A stretch of 64,000 nucleotides of DNA from Octopus bimaculoides (GCF_001194135.2 NC_069001.1:23785746-23849745); one strand, 5' to 3'; shown: positions 49,757 to 63,783, counted from the first letter of the stretch. Notes: a model not told the origin generated them from the sequence alone. Program-made: numbers and translations.

Positions 49757-51130
49757 CTTAGACCCCAGCCTGTGGAGCAGACATGAAGCAAACCAATTCT
49801 ACTCGTCTTGTTACACAAAAACGTGTGATTGATCAAAAGTCAGGCATACACTTCCCTATACCTCACTTCAATCAATGGAACAACATCCTCTTGCACATTA
49901 TCCAGGATTCCCTTCAACTATTCTTCGAATGAATATGGAAGCCCATAATATTTTTTGTTAATGGAATATGTTGCCTTCCTTCTTGTCTTTTCCTGAATAA
50001 CTCACACAGATAACGTGTCACTTTCCCTGTTAAAAACTGTTCTCGTCACTTCTCCTTTTCCTGACGTTGGTTCAAGTCCACTCATCTATTTTGACCTACG
50101 ACATTTGCAACAGATAAAATATTGCTGTATTTTCAATATTTTGTTGCTATTCCTACTGATTTTGCCATTCAAATTAATGTTTCGAATACTATTCTTTTGT
50201 GAGGCTTTCCACTGAGAACCATAATTATTTAATGTTCGAGCTCTATATATGTACATATGTTCGATTTTTCCATTGTCTGTGTTTTTTAAGTTTTTATTTT
50301 TTTGTTCAAAATAGTTTGGCGACGTGTTTGTTTACATTGTTGTGGCTATGGCTACTACCACTGTTGTGAACTTTCTGCTACTATTGAGACCATTTTGAAC
50401 CACAATTAAACAATACAAATGGCGATTTGCCAAAAACACATATGTAGTTAAAAATATCTGAAGACAAACTTTCGTCTTTCACAGGTAATGGGGTAGGTAG
50501 TTAAACAATCCGAAGGCCTCCTCTTAGTAAAACCAGAACAAGTATTTTTGTTAACCCAAGGAAATCAGATTGAAATTTAGTTTTTTGCAGAGCTCTGACG
50601 GAGGTGTAAAACGGTAATGGAACAATAAAAAAATTTACTATACCTATTATTGTTTTACATTATTGTTTTTAGTTTGCAAATTTTTTTTATGTGAGTTCGT
50701 ATGTTGAAACAAATTTTGCTGTGTCTTGGGAGAATCATTATGTCAATGATTATAACACATATTACCTTCCTTGTTGTTTGGAAAAATGAGTGAATAATTT
50801 CTTTACTTTCTACAGTTTCTAAAACAAACTGATATTTTACATTGTGTTTTCCTGCTTGCACCCATCTGTTGTTGTTTTTGGATATTTTATGCTGCATTTT
50901 CGATGCTTAAAACTACACATTGTGTTGTTTACATGTCTTTTGGTCATTTTACATTTATTAGATGCTTAGGACACATGCTATCATTGCAGTGTTGACATTG
51001 TTTTGTTGTCTGACTTCAGTCATGTACAAAATGATAGCTTCATAATCCTGTTTTCTGACTGGGTAAAAGTGATCAAATTTTAAATGCCTGTAACATTTTA
51101 AAAACATTTTTCTGGAACAAGTGAATTAGG

Positions 51131-51671
51131 TCCTGAGATTCAGTATGAAAAATTACATCAATACACCAAATTTGAAAATTTTCACTTGATTTTAAAATTT
51201 CAACCAGTGCAGCCACACAAAAAAGAACATTAATATTTCCTACAAATTTTGCTTTTGTTATGATAGTTATTCAAATCCCAAAGAATCCCTCTCGACGCAT
51301 GGCTATGATGCTTCCCCTCTACTACTGCTCATGACCAGAGATGCACATATTGTCAGCCAGTAAGGGACAAACTCAAGTGGCTAATGTCAAATAACTGACA
51401 AGTAAATCTGTGGTATTGAGTAGAATATTTGCTATAACAATATCTCGTAGGCATCCTGAGATTCAGTATGAAAAATTACATCAATACACCAAATTTTAAA
51501 ATTTTCACTTAATTTTAAAATTTCAAACAGTGCAGCCACATAAAAAAGATCATTATTTCCTACAAATTTTGCTTTGGCTTTGATATTTATTCATAACTCA
51601 AGTGGTTAACGTCAAATAACTGACAAGTAAGTCTGTGGTATTGAGCAGAATATTTGCTATAACAATATCTC
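51131..51671. repeat. recent tandem duplication; the second copy lacks about 95 bp
   Basis: tcctgagattcagtatgaaaaattac at 51131 and 51454; aactcaagtgg..aacaatatctc at 51370 and 51595. Confidence 0.92.
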
Positions 51672-52133
51672 TGCTTTAGCAACTCAGCACTGAATTTGCA
51701 TGAAATGTAATGGAAAATATGTCAGTTTCTAAACATTGACGTCCAGGTCGCAAAAGCAAAGTTTGAAGAGAATAGTAGTCACTTCCTTTGATTTCTAGAT
51801 AGAAACCAATAAGGAACAACATTTACTGACCAAAGACAAAAAGAAAGAAAAAATTCTTACAGTGTTGTTATAGCATCAACAAATAGCTAGACATTGGAAT
51901 GGGGAGAGGCATTAGGAGGTGATAAACCACTTGTAGTAGTGTACGACTGATACTTTCCTTGAAAGAAAAGAGGCAAAGCATTTGCCTGGCATGATTTGAA
52001 GACATGACAAATATAAAGAGACATAACTAATGAAATATCACATGACATTTTGTCTGCCCACTGCCGTCTCTTACATTCCATGAACCACAAACAAACACTA
52101 CTATTAATATTTCTACTACTGCTTATCATCATC

Positions 52134-52165
<32 letters not shown>

Positions 52166-52168
<3 letters not shown>

Positions 52169-52378
52169 CTTCTCTACTATAGGCACAAGGCCTGAAATTT
52201 TGCGGGAGGGAGAAAGTCGATTACATCGGCCCTAGTGTTTCACTGGTACTTGATTTATCTTCCCTGAAAGGATGAAACCCAAAGTCAACCTCAGCAGAAT
52301 TTGATCTCGGAAAACAAGGACGGATGAAATGCTGCCAAGTATTTCATCCAGCATGCGAATGATTCTGCCAGCTCGCAT
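52166..52378 (-). mobile_element. SINE family D next to (AAT)n
   Basis: ctataggcacaaggcctgaaatt, gtcgattacatcg, gattctgccagctcgc. Confidence 0.85.
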
Positions 52379-52965
52379 CCTTAAACAACAACAATAATAA
52401 TAATAATAATAATAATAATCATAATCATAACAATGATTTCAACAAAGTCCCAACCCCAGCAGAATTTCAACTCAGATCATAGAGATGGATAAAACACCTC
52501 TAAGAATTTTGCCTGGTTTCACATTTTGGTGCAAGGCCAGTAATTTTGTGGGAGGAGTTAAGTCTATTACAATAATCCTAGTGATCGACTGGTACTTACC
52601 AACATGGCTTAGCTGCTGGCTGGAGACCCAAATATACAAAAGTTTGTTCTGGCTTACATGTTTACGAATTGCAATTAAATCAACTCAACAGAAATAATAA
52701 TAGTAAAGATTGTTTGTCAACATAACATGGCAGTCCTGGTTTAGGACTAATTTTGCTGTAATTTAGCCCCAGGAGACATCGTCTCCTGCTGGCTATACGA
52801 CACGATCTGTGTCCTTATATTTTCGAACAAGGGAATCTAGAATCCCCTCACAGCTCAAAACAGGACTGCCATGTTAAGTTGGCAAACAATCTTTACTACA
52901 AACTACTGTTGCTGAATATCTCACGCTGTGAGATTTTAAAAATAGTAATTTTCTAATAAATAATA

Positions 52966-53391
52966 ATAAACCTTTCTACTATAGGCACAAGGCCTGAAAT
53001 TTGGGGGGAGGGAGATAGTCAAACACATTGACCCCAGTGCTTAACTGGTGCTTAATTTGTCGACCCCTAAAGGATGAAAGGCAAAGTCGACCTCGGTGGA
53101 ATTTGAACTCAAAATGTGAAGACGGATGAAATATTGCTAAACATTATCCCTGCCATTCTAATGATTCTGTCAGCTCATGATTTCAAATCTTCACACAAGG
53201 CCAGCAATTTCGGGGGTGGGAGTAAGCTGATTACATTGACCCCAGTGCTCAAGTGGTCCTTATTTTACCAACCCCGAACAGATGAAAGACAAAGTCAACC
53301 TCGGCAGAATTTGAATTCAGAACCTGGAGACTGACAAAGTAACGCTAAGCATTTTGCCCAACTTGCTCACAATTCTGCCAGCTTGCCCCCT
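52966..53391 (-). mobile_element. two tandem SINE D copies followed by (AAT/GAT)n to about 53510
   Basis: ggatgaaaggcaaagtcgacctcggtggaatttgaactc and a second copy at 53280-53320. Confidence 0.85.
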
Positions 53392-54299
53392 TAATAATAA
53401 TAATAGTGATGATGATAATGATAATAATGATCATAATAGTAATAATAATAATAATAATAATAGTAATAATAATGATGATAATAATAATAATGATAATAAT
53501 ATAATAAAGAAAAGGAAAAGGAAAAATAATTTGAAAAGTAAAGGAAAATTTAACATAACTAACTGCGCTCATGAATTTTAAACTGCTCATAAATCTTTAA
53601 AAGAAACCTCTCAATTACTCACTATTTTGCTGTGCAAGAAGATTAAATACATACAAATATATTTTCTAAATGTAACTGAAGTTTTTCCCATTGCAAAAAC
53701 TAAAACCAACATTTATAAATACACACACACACATGCACACACACACATGTATATATACATATATACATATACACCAAAAAACATATCAGTTCTGAAGTTA
53801 GTTGAAGATTTTTCAAGCATAAAAATGTAGATTTTTGTAATTTGTCTTACAAACTTTCTCATTTATTTTAGAGACCTCACTAACACCACATTCAGTATAT
53901 ACATGATGTATACATACATATGTATGTATATACATACATATACATATATGTGTGTTTGCAAGTACATATTTGTGTGCACATAAATCTAAGCATACATATA
54001 TACGCATGCATTTTTATATAAGTGTGTGCACGTATATGCATTTTGTATGGTATGTATATACATACACCCATCTGCACTACGCTTTGCATAAGTTTTCAAG
54101 AACCAATAAACAATTCCATCCCCCTTACATAACCAACACCAACGGCCTGAAATTATCCACATTAAAAGCTCATCAAAACTGATCTTGTTGCTTTCCATCT
54201 TGAACATGAAGGTTTACAGGAACATTAACAGTGAGTAAATGGAAGCAGTTTAAGCAATTGGGGTTTTATTGCTTCTATCTCCTCTCTCTAGTACCTAGG

Positions 54300-54690
54300 T
54301 GTGTGTGTATGTATATATATATATATGTACACACGCACACACACACTCCCACACACATACTCCCACACACACAAATACACTCATATACACATACATATAT
54401 ATATACACACACAAACATATATATACATATATACACACACAATCATATATATATACATATATATATACACACATATATATATATATATATCGATACACAC
54501 ACACACACACACATATATGCACACACACATACACACACACACACACACATATATATTTGTATACATATGCATACAGATATATATATATATATATACATAT
54601 AAAGACACACACACACACATATATATATGCATATATATATACACACGTAGATATATATATATGTGTATATATATATATACACATGTGTAT
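54300..54690. repeat. compound (TA)/(CA) low-complexity tract
   Basis: Seen directly; it explains the stacked I/Y/H/T ORFs. Confidence 0.95.
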
Positions 54691-55604
54691 ATAAGCATAA
54701 AACTAGATTTCAGGTATCATGTTCTTAATGATTTGCATAATTGTTTACATTCTTCTCATCCAGCAATAATCACTTCAGGCCAGTTTAAGTTGGAAGAGGC
54801 ATCACTGAAGCAGTAGCACCAGTAGTAGTAGTAGTAGTAGTAGTAGTAGCAGTAGCAATTATTGTGGTGATGATGTTAATGACAACTCTGGTGGTAGTTG
54901 TAGTGGTGAACATTGTTCTTCATTGTGTGTATGCGTGTGTTTTTGATTATATAGCAACTTGCTTGAAAATATGACACGTAAGCAACCACTTTTGTCAAAG
55001 AAACAACAACAACTACAACAATAACACAAATAGCAGCAACATTACTAAAAAGCATTACTGAATCAGCTGAGCATATGAGAGCAGCTGTGATGGTTTTGTT
55101 GTTGTTGCATCTCCTAGAAATAGTAGTTAAATTGCTTCCTCAAACCATATATAGTTTTTAAAACTAGGGTGTACGCGATAATGCCCTCAGCATGCTGATG
55201 TTTGAAAATGTGGGATGGTCTTTATTGGAATGCTTTAGATTATTTTTCTGTTTGATTAGAATTGATTTAGGGCAGTCATAGTCAATCTGTGACCAGCTGG
55301 AGTTTCTGAATTGCATGTTTAATGAAATATTACCTTGAATTTCTTTAGCAGTGAATTTCTTAGTGTCACATAAAGACTGCTTCTTGGTAAAGGTTGCCTA
55401 TGGCTGATTTAGGGCCTCAACAACGACAACAACAATATCCTTATGACTAAGTCAGAAATATATATTTGAGAAGGAGGGTAAAGTTAATATTGATTTATGT
55501 CAAATGACCAAGACATGTGGTGTATTGCTTTCCCCAAGGTGAGCTGCTCACCACAGCAAAATTGATCCCTTATAAACAAGATGCTGTGCAAAAGGCATTG
55601 GTGT

Positions 55605-55812
55605 GTGTTCTGGTGCTGTGTAAAAAGCACTGATGGTTGTACCACTATGACCTGTAAAATGTTTGGCATTAGGAAGGGCATCCAGGTATGGAAGCCAAGC
55701 CAAAACAGACTATGGAACCTGGTACAGCTCCTGGCCTTGCCAGTTCCTGTCAAACCATCCAACCCATGCCAGCATGGAAACTAGACATAAAATGCTGCTG
55801 CCGATGATGATG
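55605..55812 (+). mobile_element. SINE family B
   Basis: ttggcattaggaagggcatcc to ccaacccatgccagcatggaaa. Confidence 0.75.
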
Positions 55813-55886
55813 TTAGCCATTTGATCTTAATTTATCAACCTGAATAGTAATAAAAGCAAAAATTGGCTTCCAACAGTTTTTAACTC

Positions 55887-55963
55887 AGAATGTGGAATAA
55901 AGAATATGGAATAAAGAATATGGAATAAATAATATGGAATAAAGAATATGGAATATAGAATGT
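55887..55963. repeat. 14-bp minisatellite, about 5 copies
   Basis: tggaataaagaata at 55893, 55907, 55921, 55935 and 55949. Confidence 0.9.
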
Positions 55964-56732
55964 GTAGTGTTGTTGTTTAATCATAGATTAAACGAAGTGA
56001 AGCAAACCTATTATCAATGATCTGATATTGGTTTCAATATCAATTAAGAACGCTTGAAATGACACAACATGGAATTGAAAATCAAGCTTTAACTGAAGTT
56101 CTATATAATTCAGTACAGTTATATCTTGTGTAGCAAATCTTTATCGTATTGCTGTTCTATAATAAACAGTTTTTTTTTACAAATAATTATTTCTGTTTTT
56201 CTTTTTTAAAAAAAAAAGTTTCTTCCATGCTGCATCACTGTTAATTTGTCTGATCGTTAAACAATTATGAAAGTGCTTGAAAAATACAAAAAAAAGAAAA
56301 GAATGAGAATATTGTGATGGAAAGTTTTAAGAACAGAATGTGTGAAAAACTATGATGCATATCAAATTTATTTAGTTTCTTAAATGTCATGACAGACATT
56401 TGCCATTGAGTATTCAAATGCTGAGAGAATAAAGGTATGTCAATTGATATGAAACGAGTCTTGTTTTATGAAATATTTCATGGAAGTCTTTGACATTTTT
56501 TGTCTTCTTATCAAAAAACAGTGTTTCTCAGCCTTTCTGACTTGATGGCACAAAGGAGATAAATAAATAAATGAATGAATAAATAGATAAATTATTGAAG
56601 TCCTTCATACAGAAAGTAAATTATTATTGGCTGGTTTTGCATGGAAATTTTAGGAATCTATGCTTCTGATCTTAAGCATTTAAAAATAATGGGCAGACAG
56701 CTATTGCTTTCTTTACATAAATCATTGTATAT

Positions 56733-57074
56733 ATTTCAGTCGTTAGACTGGGGCCTTGGTGAGGAACCACTTTGAAGAATTTTAGTTGAATGCATCAACC
56801 CCAGTACTTCTTTTGCTTTTTTTCAAGCTTGGTATTTCTTCTATTAGTCTCTTTTGCTAAACTGCTAAGTTAGAAGAACACCAGTTATCAAGCAATGATA
56901 GGGGACAAACACACACACATATGACAGGCTTCTTTCAGTTTCCATCTGCCAAATCTACTCATAAGGCATTTGTCCTCCTAAAGTTATAGTAGAAGTCACT
57001 TGACTAAAGTGCTGTACAGTGGGACTGAACCTGAAACCATGTAGTTTGGGAGCAAGCTTCTTACCACACAGCCA
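56733..57074 (-). mobile_element. SINE family A
   Basis: ctcttttgctaaactgctaag, ggcttctttcagtttcc, cagtgggactgaacc. Confidence 0.85.
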
Positions 57075-57574
57075 GTGACATATTTTTCAAGATATTCAGC
57101 AATAAATATTTTCTAAAACCCTAAATTGCATTTTTAAAAAATGCAATTCAAGGTTTTTTTTTTGTGTGTGTGTGTATGACCTACTGCTGTTTGGCAACCG
57201 GTGTTGGTGTGTTTATGTCCTCATAATTAGCAGTTAACTTTTTCAGCACATGTAATGCAATGTAGTATGCAGCTTGAAAACCACTCATCTAAATTTACTC
57301 ATCTTTGTTCCTGAAGTTCACCTGTTGGAGCTGATCTTTGACTAAGTTCTCAATTGATAGTCACTGCAGTTTCTTCCAACTTTCTTCCAAATTGGAGAGA
57401 ATTATATCATGAAACAGCATTACCATATGGAAGTATGTCTTGTCAATATTGATTAGGGTAACAGAAACTGAATATAGAATTTTTATATTCCTCTAACATA
57501 AGGACTAAAACGATATTTTAAAATGAAATATCTCCCACTAATACTTGCAACATTATTTTATATTCTACATTATA

Positions 57575-57599
57575 TATATGTATATATATATGTAATATA

Positions 57600-57675
<76 letters not shown>

Positions 57676-57696
57676 TACATATATATGTAGATACAT

Positions 57697-57736
<40 letters not shown>

Positions 57737-57737
57737 C
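57575..57737. repeat. (TA)n-dominated microsatellite
   Basis: Seen directly. Confidence 0.95.
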
Positions 57738-59011
57738 AGTGGCATGCAGTTGGGACATGCTAGTCCGTTGATTTTATGTAACTCAAAAATCAATTTAAGA
57801 ACGTAATGTATTTATAACCACATTGAAAAATTGTCCAAATCAATGGAAACTGAGCTAAAATAGTTAGTTTCAAAGGAAACTTGTCCAAGTTGATACTTTG
57901 CTCTGTTTTCATTTTGCTTCCACTAGGCATGCTTAAAGAAAAATGCATATGAAATCTTTTGTCTCCAACTGCCTATCTTTCAATAACTATCATTTCAATG
58001 CCTGTAAGATTCTTTTTTATCTCGATAAAATAACTACAGAAGAGACATGCTTTCAGAACAATGCATATTTTGGCTTCCCTTCCCTTTCTATCAGTTCTTC
58101 TTGGTCAACAATTCTTTGTAATTGATGTTGCTAATGTGACAGGCAAAATGGTTGAATGGGTTTGATTTTTTGACCCGTAAAAATTCTGACCAAAACGTAT
58201 CAACAATCCCATAATTCTTCCTTAGTCAGCTCGTATGTTGCCGTGACTTTGGAATATCTATTTCACTCTGTCGTAAGTTTTGAAATTATTTTCATTAACC
58301 ATCCTCTCTGTATTAAACAAAAAAATCTGAAATCAGAAATATAACTGAGCTAATTAATTTTTTGTTGATTTACTAAAATTATCTTTCTGTTTTGTTGAAA
58401 CTGATTTATAATTCATGATCGCAGTAAAATGAGGTACGGTGACAAAGTGAAATTAAAGTGCTCATTTTTTTTTTTACAACTGAAAGTGTTTTTTTTTTCT
58501 ACAAAATGAATCTTGATAGTTACAAAAAAAATATGAGAGCAGCAATAAGTCAAATTTCCAACAAACACTTTTTTACAACTTTCTCACAGTATACCTTATT
58601 TTACTGCAGGAAATTTCTCTGAAAGAAACCTTTGCAGAAATGTGAGTAGGTTAATTACATGTTTCTTTCATTATTTTATTGTAGTTTTTCCCACCCAACA
58701 AATTCCTCTGAGATTTGGCTGTTATTTCTATCATGTGGCTAACCTGCTAGAAGGATATCAGGAGGGGAGGAGGTTGGGGTAATTTTTCATTTTTTTGAAA
58801 AATTGAAACTTTACAAACAATTTTTGTTTTTTCAGAATCATAATCTCAGTATTTCTGGAAAAAGTGAAAAACGAAGAAATGGGGGGAACTGAAATTCTGA
58901 AGTTGCAATTTTCGCAAATTTTTTTTCAGAATTGGAATCTCCATAACCGAAAACGTGGGTTTCCATTAAAAAAAAAAAATTTAAGGGTGGGGAGGGGTTG
59001 CGTTACATCTC

Positions 59012-59143
59012 TGTCATGTGTACCAAGTATTTATTGCCTGACCAACTGCAGAAGTCATTGCACACCACTGATCATCATTGTTATAATGTATATTGTTATA
59101 TATATATATTGTTATAATATATATATATTGTTATAATGTTATA

Positions 59144-59183
<40 letters not shown>

Positions 59184-59189
59184 ATAACA
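59012..59189 (-). mobile_element. putative solo LTR with 4-bp TSD (TCTC)
   Basis: TGTCAT..ATAACA termini; tctc at 59008-59011 and 59190-59193; AATAAA on the minus strand. Confidence 0.55.
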
Positions 59190-59228
59190 TCTCATCCACT
59201 TGTATGTTGTTGCTGGCACTGTAATTTT

Positions 59229-60510
59229 CTTGTCGCCACTATTATGATGTGGTAGTATTCCGTGTCTTATTATCTTTGACATATCTATCGTGCTATCGCT
59301 GAGAGCTGCTCAAGACAATGACTTTGAAACGTTTACCTTGACGGTAACTCAAACTCATATATATCAGGTAACTGACACTGACTCCAGCAGAGAACTCATA
59401 CAACGACTCTACTACTACTGGCCTCTTACAACGACTGACTGTCTGACTTTATAGTGGCTGTGTCATCCCACTTTGTCACATGGGAAGGGGAGTACCATTT
59501 TCACTACAACATCTCCACTTTTATTTATATTTTTTCCTTTGGGAAGCAAGTGATTTTATTTATTTTATTCATCCCTTTTCCTTTCTAAGTGCTTTTTTTT
59601 CCCCATCTTAATATTTTTCTTTATGGCGTCTATTTATAGGAACTCTGTGTTCTTCCTTTTTCTTTCACTTGTATGCATGGGTTCAACCACCTGTAATGGT
59701 GTTGGTACCTGGAATGTGTCATACAGCCAATCCATAGGTTCTTCTAATCTGTCTGGTTCATCTGTCTGGTTCCCAGCGACTTTGTCTGTGACTTTCTTGT
59801 TTGCTTTTCTCAAAGCTCTTTTAAAAGTGTCCACAAAATGCTCTGCCTGTCAATTTGATCAGGGATGGTAAGGCACTATCATTTTATGTTTTACTTTATC
59901 AGATACAATCATATCAGGGATGCCAAATCTTGCCAATAATTCATGCAAAAACTTCTTTAGTTTTGGAAGTTGATCTTTTGCACTTAACAATTTCTAGCCA
60001 TTTTGTAAAACTGTCAACTACTACTAAATAGTAATAACCCTTAAACGGACCCACAGGATCGATATGTAGTCTTGGCTATAGACTTTTTACTTTTGGCCAA
60101 GGCTCCCATTTTTTGTAGGTAATTTCGCTGCCAGGGCACATCCTTATCTATCTTTGGCCAATACATGTAACTGTGCATAAGCACTTTCATTCTTGTGATC
60201 CCCGGATGTCCAATATGAAATTCTTTCAACATTTTTTTTCTTTTTGTAAAGTCTCATGTATCACTACCCTTTGGCCATACATCAGTAAACCATCGCATGT
60301 TGGAGATATGTTTACCTGTGGCTATTTTCTCTTATCGAACCTATTTTTGTTTTTTCTAGTTGACCACAAGGTCGTTTGTATTTCATTAAAGAACTTATCT
60401 CTTGATGCATGTTGCTTTATCTCTTCCAGAGTTATTGGTAACTCTCGTACAATGATCTACATTATGTGTTTAATTTCCCCATAAGTTCTTAGGGCTGCTA
60501 TTACTGTGTT
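59229..60510 (-). mobile_element. second Ty3/Gypsy: deleted integrase region, PPT, 264-bp LTR (59248-59511), PBS-like TGGCGAC
   Basis: RELPITLEEIK, CDGLLMYGQRVVI, EFHIGHPGITRMK..YWP, LHID..GP..YLVVVDSFTKW, FGIPDMIVSD, FVDTFKRAL; LTR TGTTGTAG..CTACCACA. Confidence 0.85.
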
Positions 60511-60880
60511 AAGTGGTGGCTGCACAGCTCATTCTTGTTTCAAACTCCCTTTGGATCTGTCCAAGAAAGAGAAGGCAAACTGCAACATCAGTCGTGGTTC
60601 TATAAAAGGCAAACTTCTGGGTGAATGCAGGTTGATCATTTGGGATTGATCATTTATCGAATTTAGCCAATGGAAAGATTGATTGGGGTATGTTGGCAAT
60701 TCGGAGCGTATTTGGTGGAGAGGAGTGAAAAAAATGAATGCCTTAATATGATCCACCTGATGTCCTTGGATACTATGGACTGTAATGATCTGAGGAATAC
60801 GGACTGTGATTGTAAGAAACATGTGATTTGTGGGAACGTGCATACCAATGCATTAAAACTTTTATGAATCCCATACATGG

Positions 60881-60913
<33 letters not shown>

Positions 60914-60917
60914 TATC

Positions 60918-61093
60918 GGCATAGGAATGGCTGTGTGGTAAGTATCTTGCTTACCAACCACATGGTTCCGGGTTCATTCCCACTGCATGGCACCTTGGGC
61001 TAGTGTCTTCTACTATAGACTTGGGCCGACCAAAGCTTTGTGAATGGATTTGGTAGACAGAAACTGAAAGAAGCCCATCGTATATATGTATAC

Positions 61094-61125
<32 letters not shown>

Positions 61126-61346
61126 GCATGTATATGTTTGAGTGTCTGTGTTTGTCCCCCCAACATTGCTTGACAACCGATGGTGCTGTGTTTACGTCCT
61201 CGTAACTTAGCGGTTCAGCATAAGAGACCGAGAGAATAAGTACTAGGCTTACAAAGAATAAGTCCTGGGGTCGATTTGCTCGACTAAAGGTGGTGCTCCA
61301 GCATGGCCACAGTCAAATGATGGAAACAAGTAAAAGAGTAAAAGAG
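60918..61346 (+). mobile_element. SINE family A, full length, young
   Basis: ggcataggaatggctgtgtggtaag to gaaacaagtaaaagagtaaaagag. Confidence 0.95.
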
Positions 61347-61352
61347 ATTATC

Positions 61353-61952
61353 ATTACCTCTGCCTTAGAGAAGGTGGGGGTATTGTTTTCAGTTGTGTTT
61401 GTTTGTTTGTTTGTTTGTCCATGGACAAGATATCTCAAGAAATGCTGGACGGATTCAAATGAAACTGTCAGGGATGTTTGGCTTTGTTACTGGCACGAAT
61501 TTATTAGATTTAGGGATCGATCCTGTACTGAACATAAATTCTGGATTATTTGTTATATTTACTTTACATGATTACGATCTTACGTTAACTTTCAAGTCTT
61601 TCTCAATTATCTCCCTTTAGGCTGTAACTATTTTGAATGGTGAATTTGTTAACTTTGGCTTGTATGAGAATAGGATAAACTATTTATTAGTGTTACTAAC
61701 TTTTCTACAGCCACCTTCACATTCCATGACTACCATTGAGATTGATCAGGTACTGGACAAGGATTCTGGATTATTTTTCCATTTTTTTTACTTAATTTTT
61801 GAGAGTGGTTGGGTTCATTTTTAGTATTATCCTTTGTTAGAGCAGTCAATTTTATTTCAAGTATTATCATTTAAAAAATCATCTCTGGCTAATCGTTGAG
61901 AGGACATTGGTCCTGCCTTGGCAGAGGTTTGCGCTGTCTGAGTGCTCTTGTT
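61353..61952 (+). mobile_element. Helentron-associated non-autonomous element (HINE/DINE-1-like)
   Basis: attacctctgcc 5' sub-TIR, (GTTT)n, ggattcaaatgaaact, internal ctggattattt repeats, 3' ccttggcagaggt sub-TIR, gcgctgtctgagtgc stem, cttgtt end. Confidence 0.75.
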
Positions 61953-62023
61953 ATAATAATAATAATAATTATTATTATTATTATATATGCATATATGTAT
62001 TTATGTATATATATATAAGTATG

Positions 62024-62071
<48 letters not shown>

Positions 62072-62085
62072 TATGTATGTGTATG

Positions 62086-62120
<35 letters not shown>

Positions 62121-62530
62121 ATATGTAAATATATGCTACAGAACCTCCCCAGACTAGTGCCAATATCTAAGTATTATCTAAACCTAATTAGATTGCCTAT
62201 GAAGAAAACCAATGCCAATGTAAGTGATCCCCCAAAATATTTTCTACTTTACAAGAATGAAAGAAAACTCAGAATAATAAGGCTTATGTGTATTCCCATC
62301 ATTAGCGGCCAAATGGATATCACCGTGATTTTGATACATGGGCAGTACCATTCAGATTGGAAGTGTCAACAGTGTTGAAAATATTATTATTACTGCCTGG
62401 GAATCCACTGCCTTATTGCTACAAGTAACAACATCAAAATAAATAAACAGTATCATGTATACACATATAATGTGTGTATGTATACATATGCATGCAGATG
62501 CTATATACATAAGTATTTGCATGAACACAC

Positions 62531-62660
<130 letters not shown>

Positions 62661-63202
62661 GTATCTCATTAAGCTATAGATCATTGGTTATGTCATATTA
62701 CTAGCAAGATTGTTACCATTGGTTCCATACCTAATATTGCTGCTAGATAATTCTGATGACTCTTCAGACATGCTAGCTGGAAGTATACAACCTCTTTTAC
62801 ACTGGAGATTATTTCAGTAGTGACAGAAAGCTCAAAAAGCTGGAGTGAAAATTACTGAAAAACATTTTGTAGGTGACATGAAGGGTTATTTCCCATGGAG
62901 TGGTGTTAGCCATAGGTAAAGAGAGTTGGTAAGTCTTTCTCTCATTGAAAAAGGATCACATTGGTGAATATAATTTGCATTCATGAGAGCTGTGTCTAAA
63001 AATCAAAGTTTTTGAGGTCAAGTAAATTACCAGATCATTTGAATTTTTAGAGTAATTATCTTCTGTACCTAACAGAGATACATCTTTGCTTGGCAGAAAA
63101 AAAAAATTCATTCTGAAAAGTTGGCATAATCTGAGTGCTTTCTTGAACTTAAAAAGAGAACTTCTAATCTGCACATCTATATTTTGCACCCTTGCAGAGA
63201 CG

Positions 63203-63475
63203 ATGATTATCATCATCAACATTTAACATCTGTATTCCATGCTGGCATGGGTTAGATGGCTTGGCAGGAACTGACAAGGTCAGAAGCTGCACCAAATTGC
63301 ATAGTTAGTTTTGGCTTGGTTTCTATGGGTGGATGCGCTCTCTTGTGCCAGCCACTTTACAAAGTGTACTGGGTGCTTTTTATGAGGCACCATCACCAAT
63401 GCAGTGTGTTTTACATTCCACTGGCACCCACATCAATGCTTTTTATTTGACACATTGGTTTTAGGATCTCACTTC
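63203..63475 (-). mobile_element. SINE family B, decayed
   Basis: catcatcaacatttaacatctgtattccatgctggcatggg. Confidence 0.75.
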
Positions 63476-63783
63476 TGTTGTGATGGGTGGGTCTTCTCAA
63501 GTACATTTTGTTGTGATTGGCAGGTCTTGTTGAATACAAATCTACATTAAAACATTAAGTAGTTTATCATTGGAATTTATTCAAGTTTTATTTACTGCCA
63601 ATCATAGTAATGGTGGGTAGAAACTATGACTCTTTCTAAGACTTCCAAGACTGAGAGAAGAATAGATGTTTTCTTCAGTTCAAAGACCAGGCCCAAATGT
63701 TTACAAGAGAATGGATTTGACTAGAATCACTCTGGAATTGAATGATGATAGTTAACCAACCAATACACGCACATGTATTGGTT

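Noticed and set aside
57240-57480. hAT/Buster-like peptide (FQAAYYIALHVLK) on the minus strand
   Set aside because: A single short motif among many stops; too weak to call
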